From positions 1-62,033 of the forward strand of contig CALLYA010000340.1 in the NCBI GenBank assembly GCA_937875495.1: a stretch of DNA of 62,033 nt, written 5' to 3'. Numbering within the stretch: the first letter of the stretch is position 1; each line of letters begins with the position of its first letter. Below are positions 20,175-28,622 of the stretch, piece by piece. The notes beneath the pieces were generated by a model, which was not told where the DNA came from, made no database searches, and saw only the letters and a list, made by a program, of their open reading frames with translations. The stretch is from an uncultured Verrucomicrobiota bacterium (GTDB taxonomy: Bacteria; Verrucomicrobiota; CALLYA01). A program made the translations under genes and the position numbers.

Positions 20175-21359
20175 TTGCTCAGCCAGCAGTTGCCGGTAGA
20201 GACGATCGATCCCGGCTACCATGCTCTCGATCGAGAAGCGCTCGAGCACCATGGACCGCCCCCGTTCTCCGTCCGCCCGCCGGCGAACGTCATCCGCGAG
20301 ATATCCAACCACCGCATCCACCAGGGCAGGGCGATCCCCCATTTCAACCAGACAACCAGTCTGTCCGGGCAAGACAACCTCCGGCGTGCCATCCAAGGGA
20401 TACGCCACCGCTGGCAGCCCGCAGGCAAACCCCTGCGGGACCGCCCGAGGTAACCCCTCCCGATGGGAGAGATGCACCAAGACATGACTCAGGGCCAAAT
20501 AGTCCGCGACCTCCGTCGGCTGGACCAAACCAACCAGCACCAAGCGGTCCGCCACCCCGAGTTCACGCGCACGCGCAACCAGTTGCGTTCGAAGGATTCC
20601 GTCACCCACCCAAAGCAGCTTGGCCCGCGGCTCCTCCCGCAAGATCGCCGGGAACGCCTCCAAGAGCTCCTCATGCCCCTTCAACGGAAAGAGGCGCGCC
20701 ACCGTCACCGCCACCCGATCCTCCGAAGTGATCCCCAGGCGCTCTGCCAACGCCCCGTCCCTCGCGGCCTCCGTAAACCGGCGCAGATCCATCCCGCTGA
20801 AAATCGTTCGGAATTTGGAGCGTGACGCAATCCGCCGTCGTTCCGCCTCAACCCCCATCGCATCCGCGACCCCAATCATGGCGTCGCAGCTGTGGGCAGC
20901 CAGAAACTCGAGCCACTCAAAAACCGCGTTGTTCAGCCGACTCCCATAGCCGCCGAAAGACCAGCCATGGACCGTGTGAATCACCACAGGCACCCCCGCC
21001 AATCGCGCTGCGAAACGGCCCAGAATACCCGCCTTGGCGCTGTGCGTATGAACGATCTCAAACCGCTCCTCCCGGAAAAAACGCACCAATGCCCAGAGGG
21101 TGCAAAGATCCTTCCAGGGGCGGATCTCACGCACCAGACCAGGGAATTCCCGGTACCAGGTCCCCGCCTCCACAACCTGCGGAACCATCGTTCCCTCAGG
21201 CCCTGTCGTCGGCCCCGAAGCCAAGCAGACCTCGTAACGCCCACCCTGGGATAGCCCCCACACACTGTACACGGTGTTCTCCTGCGCCCCACCGATGATC
21301 AAGCGAGTGATCAAATGGCAGACCTTGATCGGTCGTTTTCGTTCCTCTGCCGGCTTCAT
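20157..21359 (-). CDS. glycosyltransferase family 4 (GT-B fold)
   Basis: N-terminal KVCHLITRLIIGGAQ and C-terminal EX7E-like region SHREGLPRAVPQGFACGLPAVA. Its 3' end overlaps the convergent lptF/G-like gene by 18 nt. Confidence 0.8.
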   Translation of the reverse strand: MKPAEERKRPIKVCHLITRLIIGGAQENTVYSVWGLSQGGRYEVCLASGPTTGPEGTMVPQVVEAGTWYREFPGLVREIRPWKDLCTLWALVRFFREERFEIVHTHSAKAGILGRFAARLAGVPVVIHTVHGWSFGGYGSRLNNAVFEWLEFLAAHSCDAMIGVADAMGVEAERRRIASRSKFRTIFSGMDLRRFTEAARDGALAERLGITSEDRVAVTVARLFPLKGHEELLEAFPAILREEPRAKLLWVGDGILRTQLVARARELGVADRLVLVGLVQPTEVADYLALSHVLVHLSHREGLPRAVPQGFACGLPAVAYPLDGTPEVVLPGQTGCLVEMGDRPALVDAVVGYLADDVRRRADGERGRSMVLERFSIESMVAGIDRLYRQLLAEQSADGR

Positions 21360-21407
21360 CGAACGTTCATCCCCTCAGGCTGTTTTTATCGCTCCGCCTC
21401 GACCACC

Positions 21408-23681
21408 TCACATCAACTGGCCGGGGTCGACGTTGACCAGCCAGCGGATCCCACGCTTCTTTCGCAATTGCTGATAGAGCGGTTTCAGACGGTCCACCAA
21501 CCGCAAAATGCCACGGGTCCGTATCAGAATCTGGAACCGAAACTCCCCCCGCAAACGGGCGATCGGAGCCGGCGAAGGTCCCGATACCTGCATCACAGGA
21601 TCCTTCCATGCACGGATCTGTTGGGTCACGTCCATCGTCTCCGCTAAAACCATTGCTTCGTCCGCCCCTAAGGCCTCCAACAAGACCATGTGGCTCCATG
21701 GCGGGAGCGCCAGAGTCCGCCGGACCTCGATCTCCTCCAAGTAAAACCCTTCGTAATCACTGCGGTAGGCATACTGAATCGCCGGATGAAAGGGCGTGTA
21801 GGATTGGACAAAGACCTCCCCCGGCTCATCCCCACGTCCGGCCCGACCAGCAACCTGGGTCAGCAGCTGGAACGTGCGCTCACCCGCCCGGAAATCAGGC
21901 CGGTGCAAACCCATGTCCGCCTGAATGATCCCGACCAGCGTCACATTGGGAAAGTGCAGCCCCTTGGCAATCATCTGCGTCCCGATCAAGATGTCGAGGC
22001 GCCCCCGCCGAAAATCGCCCAGGATCTCGATAAATCGATCCTTGCGGATCATGGAGTCGGAATCGAGTCGGGCGATCCGCGCCTTGGGCAGGAGCTTGCG
22101 CAGAACCAGCTCGACCCGTTGAGTCCCAACCCCCGCATACCGAATCGCTGTCGATCGACACTGGGGCGAAGGACATTCCCGCGGCGGTGCCTGACGATGA
22201 TCGCAGTAGTGACACAACATGAACTCACCGTCTCGATGATAGGTGAGCGGCAGACTGCAATTGGGACACTCCAACACCGTCCCGCATTGCGGACAGCAGA
22301 GGCTGGAGCTGTGGCCGCGGCGGTTCAGGAATAGGATGCTCTGCTCCCCCCGCTCCAATCTCTGCTCCAGGCCGTTCAACAGCGCCTGAGAGAAGACCGC
22401 CGGTGAGGATTGTCCTCCGCCACCTCCCCGCATGTCCAACACCCGGATGACCGGCATCGACGTGCCTTCGACCCGACTCTTCAGCTCTGCAAGCCCATAC
22501 TTACCCGTGCGCGCATTGTAGCTGCTCTCTACCGACGGCGTCGCCGAGCCGAGCAGTACCAGCGCGCCCTCCATCGCACCCCGGACGACAGCCAGGTCCC
22601 GAGCATTGTAGCGCGGGCTGTCACTCTGTTTGTAAGAGCCCTCATGCTCCTCATCCACGACGATCAGGCCCAGCGGCGAAACCGGCGCGAAGACGGCGGA
22701 TCGCGCGCCGACAACCACACGTGCGTCTCCCGAGCGGAGACGATGCCACTCGTCATGGCGCTCGCCCTGAGACAGGTTGCTGTGCAGGACCGCGACCAAA
22801 GGCCCCAATCGGCTCCGAAACCGCTCCACCGTCTGCGGCGTCAGGCTGATCTCCGGCACCATCATGATCGCACCCTGACCCACCTTCAGGATCCGTTCGA
22901 TGGCCTGGAGATAGACCTCTGTCTTTCCACTCCCGGTCACACCGTGGATCAATACCACCCCCGGTTCTTGCCCACCATCCAGACGCTCAACCACCTGAGC
23001 AAAGGCCGCCGCCTGCTCGGTATTCAGTTCAAGGGGCTTCGTGGAAACGACCTCTTGGTCCTCCCACGGCTCCCGGCTTTGCACCTCGTCACGCAATTCC
23101 ACGAGCCCAGCCTTCACCAGCCCCTTGACCGCCGAGGGCGCCCCCCCTCCAAACCGGCGACGAAGCAGCGTCACCGCCGTCGATCCGTTGTCCCGAAGCC
23201 ACTGAAAAACCTCCGCCTGCTTCGGGGCACGCGTACATATCCGGGCCCATACCGCTTCAGGTGGCGGCTCGGAAATCGGAACGGCCACCTGTAACGTCTT
23301 CCATCGGTCTCCCGACCGCACCGGCTCCGGCAGGACCGTCCTCAACGCCATCTCCAACGGACAGCAGTAATAACGCGCGATCCATTCCGCCAGGGCGACC
23401 GTCGCAGGGCGTAGCAGCGGTTCGGGGTGGACCAGTCCCAATACAGGTCGGAGATTCGGGAAGGAGTCCTCCGGAAAGCCGACCACAAAGCCGGTCACCT
23501 CCCGGCTGGCCAGCGGCACGAGGACGTGGCTGCCCAATCGCACAGCCCCCTGCAGATGAAGGGGAACGGAGTAGTCCAACGGCCGATCCATCGCCACATC
23601 AACCGCCACCCGAACAATGGTGCCGACCTCCATCAAACCTCCCTCAAGACGGACCGGAGAACCGGCATCACCCCGTTTCAT
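21408..23681 (-). CDS. priA: primosomal replication-restart helicase PriA
   Basis: Walker A GVTGSGKTEV, DEEH box (IVVDEEHEGSYK) and Cys-rich Zn module CPQCG..CPNC..CHYC. The ATG overlaps the stop of the upstream ABC gene (ATGA). Confidence 0.9.
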   Translation of the reverse strand: MKRGDAGSPVRLEGGLMEVGTIVRVAVDVAMDRPLDYSVPLHLQGAVRLGSHVLVPLASREVTGFVVGFPEDSFPNLRPVLGLVHPEPLLRPATVALAEWIARYYCCPLEMALRTVLPEPVRSGDRWKTLQVAVPISEPPPEAVWARICTRAPKQAEVFQWLRDNGSTAVTLLRRRFGGGAPSAVKGLVKAGLVELRDEVQSREPWEDQEVVSTKPLELNTEQAAAFAQVVERLDGGQEPGVVLIHGVTGSGKTEVYLQAIERILKVGQGAIMMVPEISLTPQTVERFRSRLGPLVAVLHSNLSQGERHDEWHRLRSGDARVVVGARSAVFAPVSPLGLIVVDEEHEGSYKQSDSPRYNARDLAVVRGAMEGALVLLGSATPSVESSYNARTGKYGLAELKSRVEGTSMPVIRVLDMRGGGGGQSSPAVFSQALLNGLEQRLERGEQSILFLNRRGHSSSLCCPQCGTVLECPNCSLPLTYHRDGEFMLCHYCDHRQAPPRECPSPQCRSTAIRYAGVGTQRVELVLRKLLPKARIARLDSDSMIRKDRFIEILGDFRRGRLDILIGTQMIAKGLHFPNVTLVGIIQADMGLHRPDFRAGERTFQLLTQVAGRAGRGDEPGEVFVQSYTPFHPAIQYAYRSDYEGFYLEEIEVRRTLALPPWSHMVLLEALGADEAMVLAETMDVTQQIRAWKDPVMQVSGPSPAPIARLRGEFRFQILIRTRGILRLVDRLKPLYQQLRKKRGIRWLVNVDPGQLM

Positions 23682-25633
23682 GGCCGAGGTTCATCGATCG
23701 TCCAGGCCTGCTTCTGAAACTGCATCCGATAGAGGCGCTCGTACACGCCGTTGCACGCAATTAACTCCTCGTGCGTCCCCACCTCCTGCATGCGCCCATG
23801 AACAAGGACCACAATTGTATCAGCATGCTGGATCGTGGACAACCGATGGGCGATCGCTATCACCGTTCGATCGGCCATCAGCTCATCCAATGCCTTCTGA
23901 ACCAGATACTCGCTCTCGCTGTCCAGGGAAGAGGTCGCCTCGTCCAAGATCAGGATCGGCGGGTTCTTCAGGATCGCACGAGCAATCGCCAGCCGCTGAC
24001 ATTGGCCGCCCGATAACCGACTCCCACGCTCGCCGATCACAGTATCGTACCCCTGTTCCAACTCGACGATAAAGCGATGGGCATTGGCACGCCTGGCGGC
24101 ATCCTCGATCTCACTCGCGGTCGCATCCGGTTTGCCGTAGGCGATGTTGCGGGCAACGCTCGTGTTGAAGAGGATGGTCTCCTGCGTGACGATCCCGATC
24201 TGGGCCCGCAGTGATCGCGTGGATAGGGTCCTCAAATCATGCCCATCAATCGAAACTGAGCCGGCCGTCGGATCGTAGAACCTTGGGATCAAGTTACAGA
24301 GCGTGCTCTTTCCGCCGCCGCTCGGGCCAACCAGCGCCACGACCGTGCCGGCCCTGACCTCCAGGTCTATACCCTCCAGGACATTCCCACTGGAGTCGTA
24401 GGCAAAATCCACCCCCGAAAAGCGAATCGCCTCCCGAATGCTGGGGAGCGTGACCGGATTCGGCGGATCCGCGATCTCAGGCTCCTCGTCCAATACCTGG
24501 AAGACACGCTCCGCAGCCGCCAGGCTCTGCTGAATCGTGAGGTGAATCCTGCTCAACTTCTTCACCGGCTCGTACATCAACATGAGCGCCGTGGCGAAAC
24601 CGAGGAATTCATTGTGGGTCATCCCAACCTGAAAGCAATAGACCAAAGCGGCCCCAATCCCAAGACAGCTCAGAAAGACAATCACCGGCTCCACGATCGA
24701 AGAGGAACGAAGGATCTTGACCTGCTGCCGGAATAGGTTCTGGGCATGACTGGAAAACCGGTCCGCCTCGTGCTCCTCCATACAGAAGCCCTTGACGATG
24801 CGCGCTCCCGTGAAGGTCTCCTGCAAAATGTCGACCAAGTCGCCGATCTTGCGCTGGGCCTTCGAAGAGGCCCGTCGTACCTTCCGCCCATACATGATGA
24901 CCGGAAGCACGCACAACGGGAAGAGAATCAGGGAGAAGACCGCCAAGAGCGTGTTTCGGAAGAAGACATATCCAATCAACACCACCAGGGTGATCGGCTG
25001 CTTGATCAGATCACTCAGGACCGATGAGACCGCCCGCTGAATCATCTGACAGTCGCTGGTCACCCGTCCGATCAGCTGCCCCGTATGGTTCCTGTGGAAG
25101 AACCCGAGGGAGAGAGCGTGCACGTGCGCGAAAAGCTCATTGCGCATGTCCATGACCGCACGATCCCCGACCCAGCCGATCAAATACCGGTTGCCGAAAT
25201 CGAAGAGGCCGCGCAACAGACCCAACAACGGGATCAGGGCGGCATAAGGCAGAATATGCCATAAGGATCGCGGAGAATTGTGCAGAGATTCAGCTCGATT
25301 GCCCTGCTCTCCGCCGCCCGCGGCAGACCCCTCATCACTGACCGCCTGCAATGCCTCCGATGGCCCTCCCGCTTCGGAAGACTTCTTGCCCGGAAGCATC
25401 TCCCCCGTCCATTCGGGCAAGACCCACCCTCCGAGCCCAACCGGCCCCTCGGACGGCTCAGTCCCCCCGGAATCCCCGAAAACTGCACCAAAGGAGTGCT
25501 GCAGCGCCCATGGAATCGCTCCGGTTGAGGCCGCAAACAGCCCGCCGATTAAGATCGCCTGAATCAGGCGCAACTTGTACGGCATCGCATAGCTCAGCAA
25601 TCGGCGATAGGAGGCCATTGGGTCCAGTTTCAT
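23678..25633 (-). CDS. ABC exporter, fused permease/ATPase (MsbA-like lipid flippase family)
   Basis: Six-TM exporter domain plus NBD (GPSGGGKST, LSGGQCQRLAIARA, ILILDEATSSLD). An extra ~70-aa Gly/Ser/Glu-rich insert follows TM1. Confidence 0.85.
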   Translation of the reverse strand: MKLDPMASYRRLLSYAMPYKLRLIQAILIGGLFAASTGAIPWALQHSFGAVFGDSGGTEPSEGPVGLGGWVLPEWTGEMLPGKKSSEAGGPSEALQAVSDEGSAAGGGEQGNRAESLHNSPRSLWHILPYAALIPLLGLLRGLFDFGNRYLIGWVGDRAVMDMRNELFAHVHALSLGFFHRNHTGQLIGRVTSDCQMIQRAVSSVLSDLIKQPITLVVLIGYVFFRNTLLAVFSLILFPLCVLPVIMYGRKVRRASSKAQRKIGDLVDILQETFTGARIVKGFCMEEHEADRFSSHAQNLFRQQVKILRSSSIVEPVIVFLSCLGIGAALVYCFQVGMTHNEFLGFATALMLMYEPVKKLSRIHLTIQQSLAAAERVFQVLDEEPEIADPPNPVTLPSIREAIRFSGVDFAYDSSGNVLEGIDLEVRAGTVVALVGPSGGGKSTLCNLIPRFYDPTAGSVSIDGHDLRTLSTRSLRAQIGIVTQETILFNTSVARNIAYGKPDATASEIEDAARRANAHRFIVELEQGYDTVIGERGSRLSGGQCQRLAIARAILKNPPILILDEATSSLDSESEYLVQKALDELMADRTVIAIAHRLSTIQHADTIVVLVHGRMQEVGTHEELIACNGVYERLYRMQFQKQAWTIDEPRP

Positions 25634-25781
25634 AAACTCACACGCTCACAAGACAGGCAAATCGACGACGATACCCGCGCCCAAGGGTCGCCGACACCGC
25701 CTCTTGGCAAGACACGATTCAAACCGGGGGGAGAGGTTGTCGGACCTCAGACGGACCATGCGGTCTCCAGCCGCAAGACGC

Positions 25782-25836
25782 AAAAAAAAACCGCCCGGCC
25801 ATGGATCCGCAGAGGACCGGATCCATGATGCCGGGC
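25782..25836 (-). terminator. strong intrinsic terminator (minus strand)
   Basis: Arms GCCCGGCCATGGATCC (25793-25808) / GGATCCATGATGCCGGGC (25819-25836), followed on the minus strand by T9 (A-run 25782-25790). Confidence 0.8.
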
Positions 25837-25977
25837 TTCCAAGGTTTGCTAGAGGATGACCGAAAAGGCATCCGCTTTCCCATCCGGATCCGAAGAGCCT
25901 CCCGCAGAGGGCGCGGTGGCGTTTTCGACCTGCCTATGGAGGTGGGTAGGTTCCATGCTCTGCACGCAACATTTTTG
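25783..25977 (-). ncRNA. candidate ~195-nt small RNA originating inside repeat module B
   Basis: Bounded by the promoter-like TTGGCC-N17-TATAAA (26012-25984) and the T9 terminator (25836-25782). No convincing ORF or SD inside. Confidence 0.3.
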
Positions 25978-26157
25978 GGGAATTTTATAGATATCGTGTT
26001 TCAACAGGCCAAGGCAGTGGCTGATAACTGCTCCGATGCCGCTGCATCCCCCCCTCCCAATACCCCTCTGCGCCCTCTGCGTTCTCTGCGGGAGTCCCTC
26101 CCCATCCGGAGCCGGAAACCTTTCGTTGCGACCCAATGGCCTTTTCGGACGGGTTCT
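25846..26157. repeat. mosaic repeat B-module, full-length (~310 bp)
   Basis: Starts TTGCTAGAGGATGACCGAAAAGG and ends GGCCTTTTCGGACGGG. Internal long inverted arms (CTCCCGCAGAGGGCGCGG at 25898 vs CGCCCTCTGCG..CTGCGGGAG at 26068-26095) flank an AT-rich core. Confidence 0.75.
25984..26012 (-). promoter_or_regulatory. candidate sigma70-type promoter inside B-module (TTGGCC-N17-TATAAA)
   Basis: On the minus strand, -35 = 26012-26007, exact 17-nt spacer, -10 = 25989-25984. It sits in the only AT-rich patch of the element. Confidence 0.4.
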
Positions 26158-26159
26158 TG

Positions 26160-26455
26160 CTAGAGGATGACCGAAAAGGTCAATGGCGAAGCAAGATCGG
26201 AGTCGGAGTCGCTATCGGTCTCGGTATCGAATGGGATTCGGACATGAGAGGCCGGGCAACGCTGTCACAACTCAGCAGCGAAGCTTGATCGGTCCATGAG
26301 GGCCAGGTGCCAACTAGAACAGGAATAGATTCCGATCCCGATTCCGACCCCGACCCCGATTCAAACACCGATCCGACCGATCCGACCGATCCCTCGGATC
26401 GGTAACCATTGCCTGGAGGCGACGCATGATGGAACGCGCCTTTTCGGATACCCAC
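26160..26455. repeat. mosaic repeat A-module (inverted relative to A1/A2)
   Basis: CCGAAAAGG..GTCGCTATCGGTCTCGGTATCGAA..GGCCAGGTGCC..(GATCCGACC)n..AACCATTGCCTGGAGGCG..CCTTTTCGGAT. Matches the reverse complement of 14957-15258. Confidence 0.75.
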
Positions 26456-26560
26456 TTGCTAGAGGATGTCCGAAAAGGTTGCCGCTTTCCCAGCCTGTCC
26501 TCCCCATCCGGAACCAGAGACTCACGTGCAGAGGTGCCAAGAGGTTTTCGGACGGGCTCC
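26456..26560. repeat. mosaic repeat B-module, miniature (~100 bp) derivative
   Basis: CTTGCTAGAGGATGTCCGAAAAGGTTGCCGCTTTCCC...CCCCATCCGGA...GGTTTTCGGACGGG. Has the B termini without the core. Ends 17 nt from the trxB stop. Confidence 0.55.
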
Positions 26561-26576
26561 TTCCTCTCCAATAGAA

Positions 26577-27497
26577 TCAGTCCTGACTCTCCAGGTACCG
26601 AATCGCCTCCAGCGCGGCAGCACAGCCGCTGCCCGCGGCCGTGATCGCCTGCCGATACTCGTGGTCTGCAACATCCCCCGCGCCGAAGACTCCGGGCAAC
26701 GAGGTCGCTGTGCCCTTGGTGAGGATCAGATAGCCCTCATCGTCGAGCTCCAGCCAGGGCTTGAAGACCGCCGTGTTCGGGATGTGCCCGATGGCCACGA
26801 ACATCGCACTGACTTCAATCTCGGAAAGCTCCCCGGTCTTCAGATTCTCGATCCGAAGCCCGCTTACCTCACCCTCCTCGACACCCAATACCTCGCTGAC
26901 CACCGAATCCCAAATGAACTCGATCTTCGGATTGGCTTGGGCACGATCGCCCATGATCTGGGAGGCGCGCAGCTCGTCGCGCCGATGGATGACGTAGACC
27001 TTGCTGGCGAATTTGGTCAGGAAAATCGCCTCTTCCATCGCGGAATCCCCGCCGCCGATGACCGCGACAGGGACGTCTCGGTACAGCGCTCCATCACAGG
27101 TGGCACACGAAGATACCCCGTGCCCGATCAACTTCTTCTCGCTTTCCAGCCCCAAATACCGAGGATCCGCCCCGGTGGCGATGATCACCGCCTCGGCCTG
27201 AATCGGGCCGTCATAGGTCTGAATGGTATAGGGGGCCGACCCCAACTCGACACCGGTCACCTCCACCGACAAAAAACGCGCACCGAAGCGCTCCGCCTGG
27301 GTCCGCATGTTCATGGTCAAATCGAACCCCATGATCCCTTCGGGAAATCCAGGGAAATTCTCCACCATCGTCGTGGTGGTCAACTGGCCACCCGGCATCT
27401 TCCCCTCGATCACCAATGGTTTCAATTTAGCACGGGCCGTGTAAATGGCAGCGGTCAGTCCAGCACATCCAGTCCCAATGATGACAACTTTTTCCAC
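26577..27497 (-). CDS. trxB: thioredoxin-disulfide reductase
   Basis: FAD site GTGCAGLTAA, redox centre CATCDG, NADPH site GGGDSAMEEA. The start was set to GTG 27497 behind GGGAGGA (27504-27510), because the longer ORF would begin inside the candidate promoter. Confidence 0.9.
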   Translation of the reverse strand: MEKVVIIGTGCAGLTAAIYTARAKLKPLVIEGKMPGGQLTTTTMVENFPGFPEGIMGFDLTMNMRTQAERFGARFLSVEVTGVELGSAPYTIQTYDGPIQAEAVIIATGADPRYLGLESEKKLIGHGVSSCATCDGALYRDVPVAVIGGGDSAMEEAIFLTKFASKVYVIHRRDELRASQIMGDRAQANPKIEFIWDSVVSEVLGVEEGEVSGLRIENLKTGELSEIEVSAMFVAIGHIPNTAVFKPWLELDDEGYLILTKGTATSLPGVFGAGDVADHEYRQAITAAGSGCAAALEAIRYLESQD

Positions 27498-27547
27498 CTC
27501 AGTCCTCCCAATTTCAGAAAGCGGTTTGACGATCCATAAGATTGGAT

Positions 27548-27575
27548 AGCATACGATTCCAGGGGGCAGCGTCAA
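27548..27575 (-). promoter_or_regulatory. candidate promoter of trxB (TTGACG-N16-TATGCT)
   Basis: On the minus strand, -35 = 27575-27570 and -10 = 27553-27548. About 45 nt upstream of the GTG start. Confidence 0.4.
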
Positions 27576-27676
27576 ACCCCTGAAATCCCCGTGATCTTGA
27601 CCATACCACGCTTTTGCCCCCGGCGGTGTTTCCTTCCTCAGCCTAACAATGCAGCCAGTAGAAAGGTGCTGATCTC

Positions 27677-28087
27677 ATGAGCGATTCGGACTCCCAACCA
27701 CAACCACCGGTCGCATCCGACATGATGGCGACCATGTTCGCCATGCAACGCGACCTGAACCGGCGAATCGGTGTCGACACCGATACCATGGATGAAAACG
27801 CACAAATCGAATGGGTTCTCAATTACACACGGGCCATGTCTCAGGAACTCGCGGAACTAACCGACAGCGTCCCCTGGAAGTGGTGGGCCAAGTACCAAAC
27901 CTTTGATCAGCAAAATGCACGAGTCGAAGTCGTCGATCTGTTTCATTTCCTCATCAGCCTGGCCCAAACCCTTGGAATGACCGCTCAGGATGTCTACGAC
28001 CTGTACATGAAGAAAAACGAGCTGAACTGGAAGCGCCAAAAGAGCGGCTATACGGAGAAGGACGAGTCGGACAACCGCGACCTCTGA
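27677..28087 (+). CDS. all-alpha NTP pyrophosphohydrolase, dimeric dUTPase-like (dUTPase_2/MazG superfamily)
   Basis: 136 aa. MSQELAELTDSVPWKWWAK...ARVEVVDLFHFLISL resembles the E-x-x-E / WKxW / E-x-x-D helices of dimeric dUTPases. Confidence 0.55.
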   Translation: MSDSDSQPQPPVASDMMATMFAMQRDLNRRIGVDTDTMDENAQIEWVLNYTRAMSQELAELTDSVPWKWWAKYQTFDQQNARVEVVDLFHFLISLAQTLGMTAQDVYDLYMKKNELNWKRQKSGYTEKDESDNRDL

Positions 28088-28111
28088 CCCCACACCAACA
28101 CGTGAAAAAGT

Positions 28112-28149
28112 AAAAGCCGAGGATGCTTACAATGCAATCCTCGGCTTTT
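28112..28149. terminator. bidirectional intrinsic terminator between the dUTPase-like gene and rplQ
   Basis: AAAAGCCGAGGAT (28112-28124) / ATCCTCGGCTTTT (28137-28149). There are A/T runs on both sides. Confidence 0.8.
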
Positions 28150-28213
28150 AGATTCCCGTCGGCGCCAGGTTGAAACCAGCCAACCCCATGCCGGCCAGGC
28201 CGAATGTTCGGAC

Positions 28214-28621
28214 CTAGGCCTCAGCTTCGACGGCAGCTGCCTTCTTCGCCTTGGGGCCGGCATAGGGACCGGACCATTCCAAGACGGACATCTCAGAACC
28301 ATCCCCTACCCTGGCCTTGGCAAGGTGCATGATTCGCGTGTAGCCACCCGGCCGCTCCCGGTGGTCTTCGACCAATTCGCCGAACAACCGCCGAACCGCC
28401 AAGGGGTCATGAAGGATGGAAATGGCACGACGCCTGGCGTGCAATGACCCGTCTTTGGCCAGGGTCATCATCTTGTCCGCCAACTGTCGCACCGCTTTCG
28501 CCTTGGCACGGGTGGTGGTCACACGCCCATGCTGGATCAGACTGCACGTCAAATTGGCCAACATCAGGCGGCGATGTGCACTGGGCCGTCCCAGCTTTAA
28601 AGTGCGTTTGCGATGCCGCAT
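28214..28621 (-). CDS. rplQ: 50S ribosomal protein L17
   Basis: MRHRKRTLKLGRPSAHRRLMLANL N-terminus. Last gene after rpoA. Confidence 0.95.
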   Translation of the reverse strand: MRHRKRTLKLGRPSAHRRLMLANLTCSLIQHGRVTTTRAKAKAVRQLADKMMTLAKDGSLHARRRAISILHDPLAVRRLFGELVEDHRERPGGYTRIMHLAKARVGDGSEMSVLEWSGPYAGPKAKKAAAVEAEA

Positions 28622-28622
28622 C

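Noticed and set aside
27526-27552. Promoter TTGACG-N15-TAGCAT for the dUTPase-like gene
   Set aside because: The 15-nt spacer is too short and the -10 is weak. It overlaps the better trxB promoter candidate on the other strand, so it is left unannotated.
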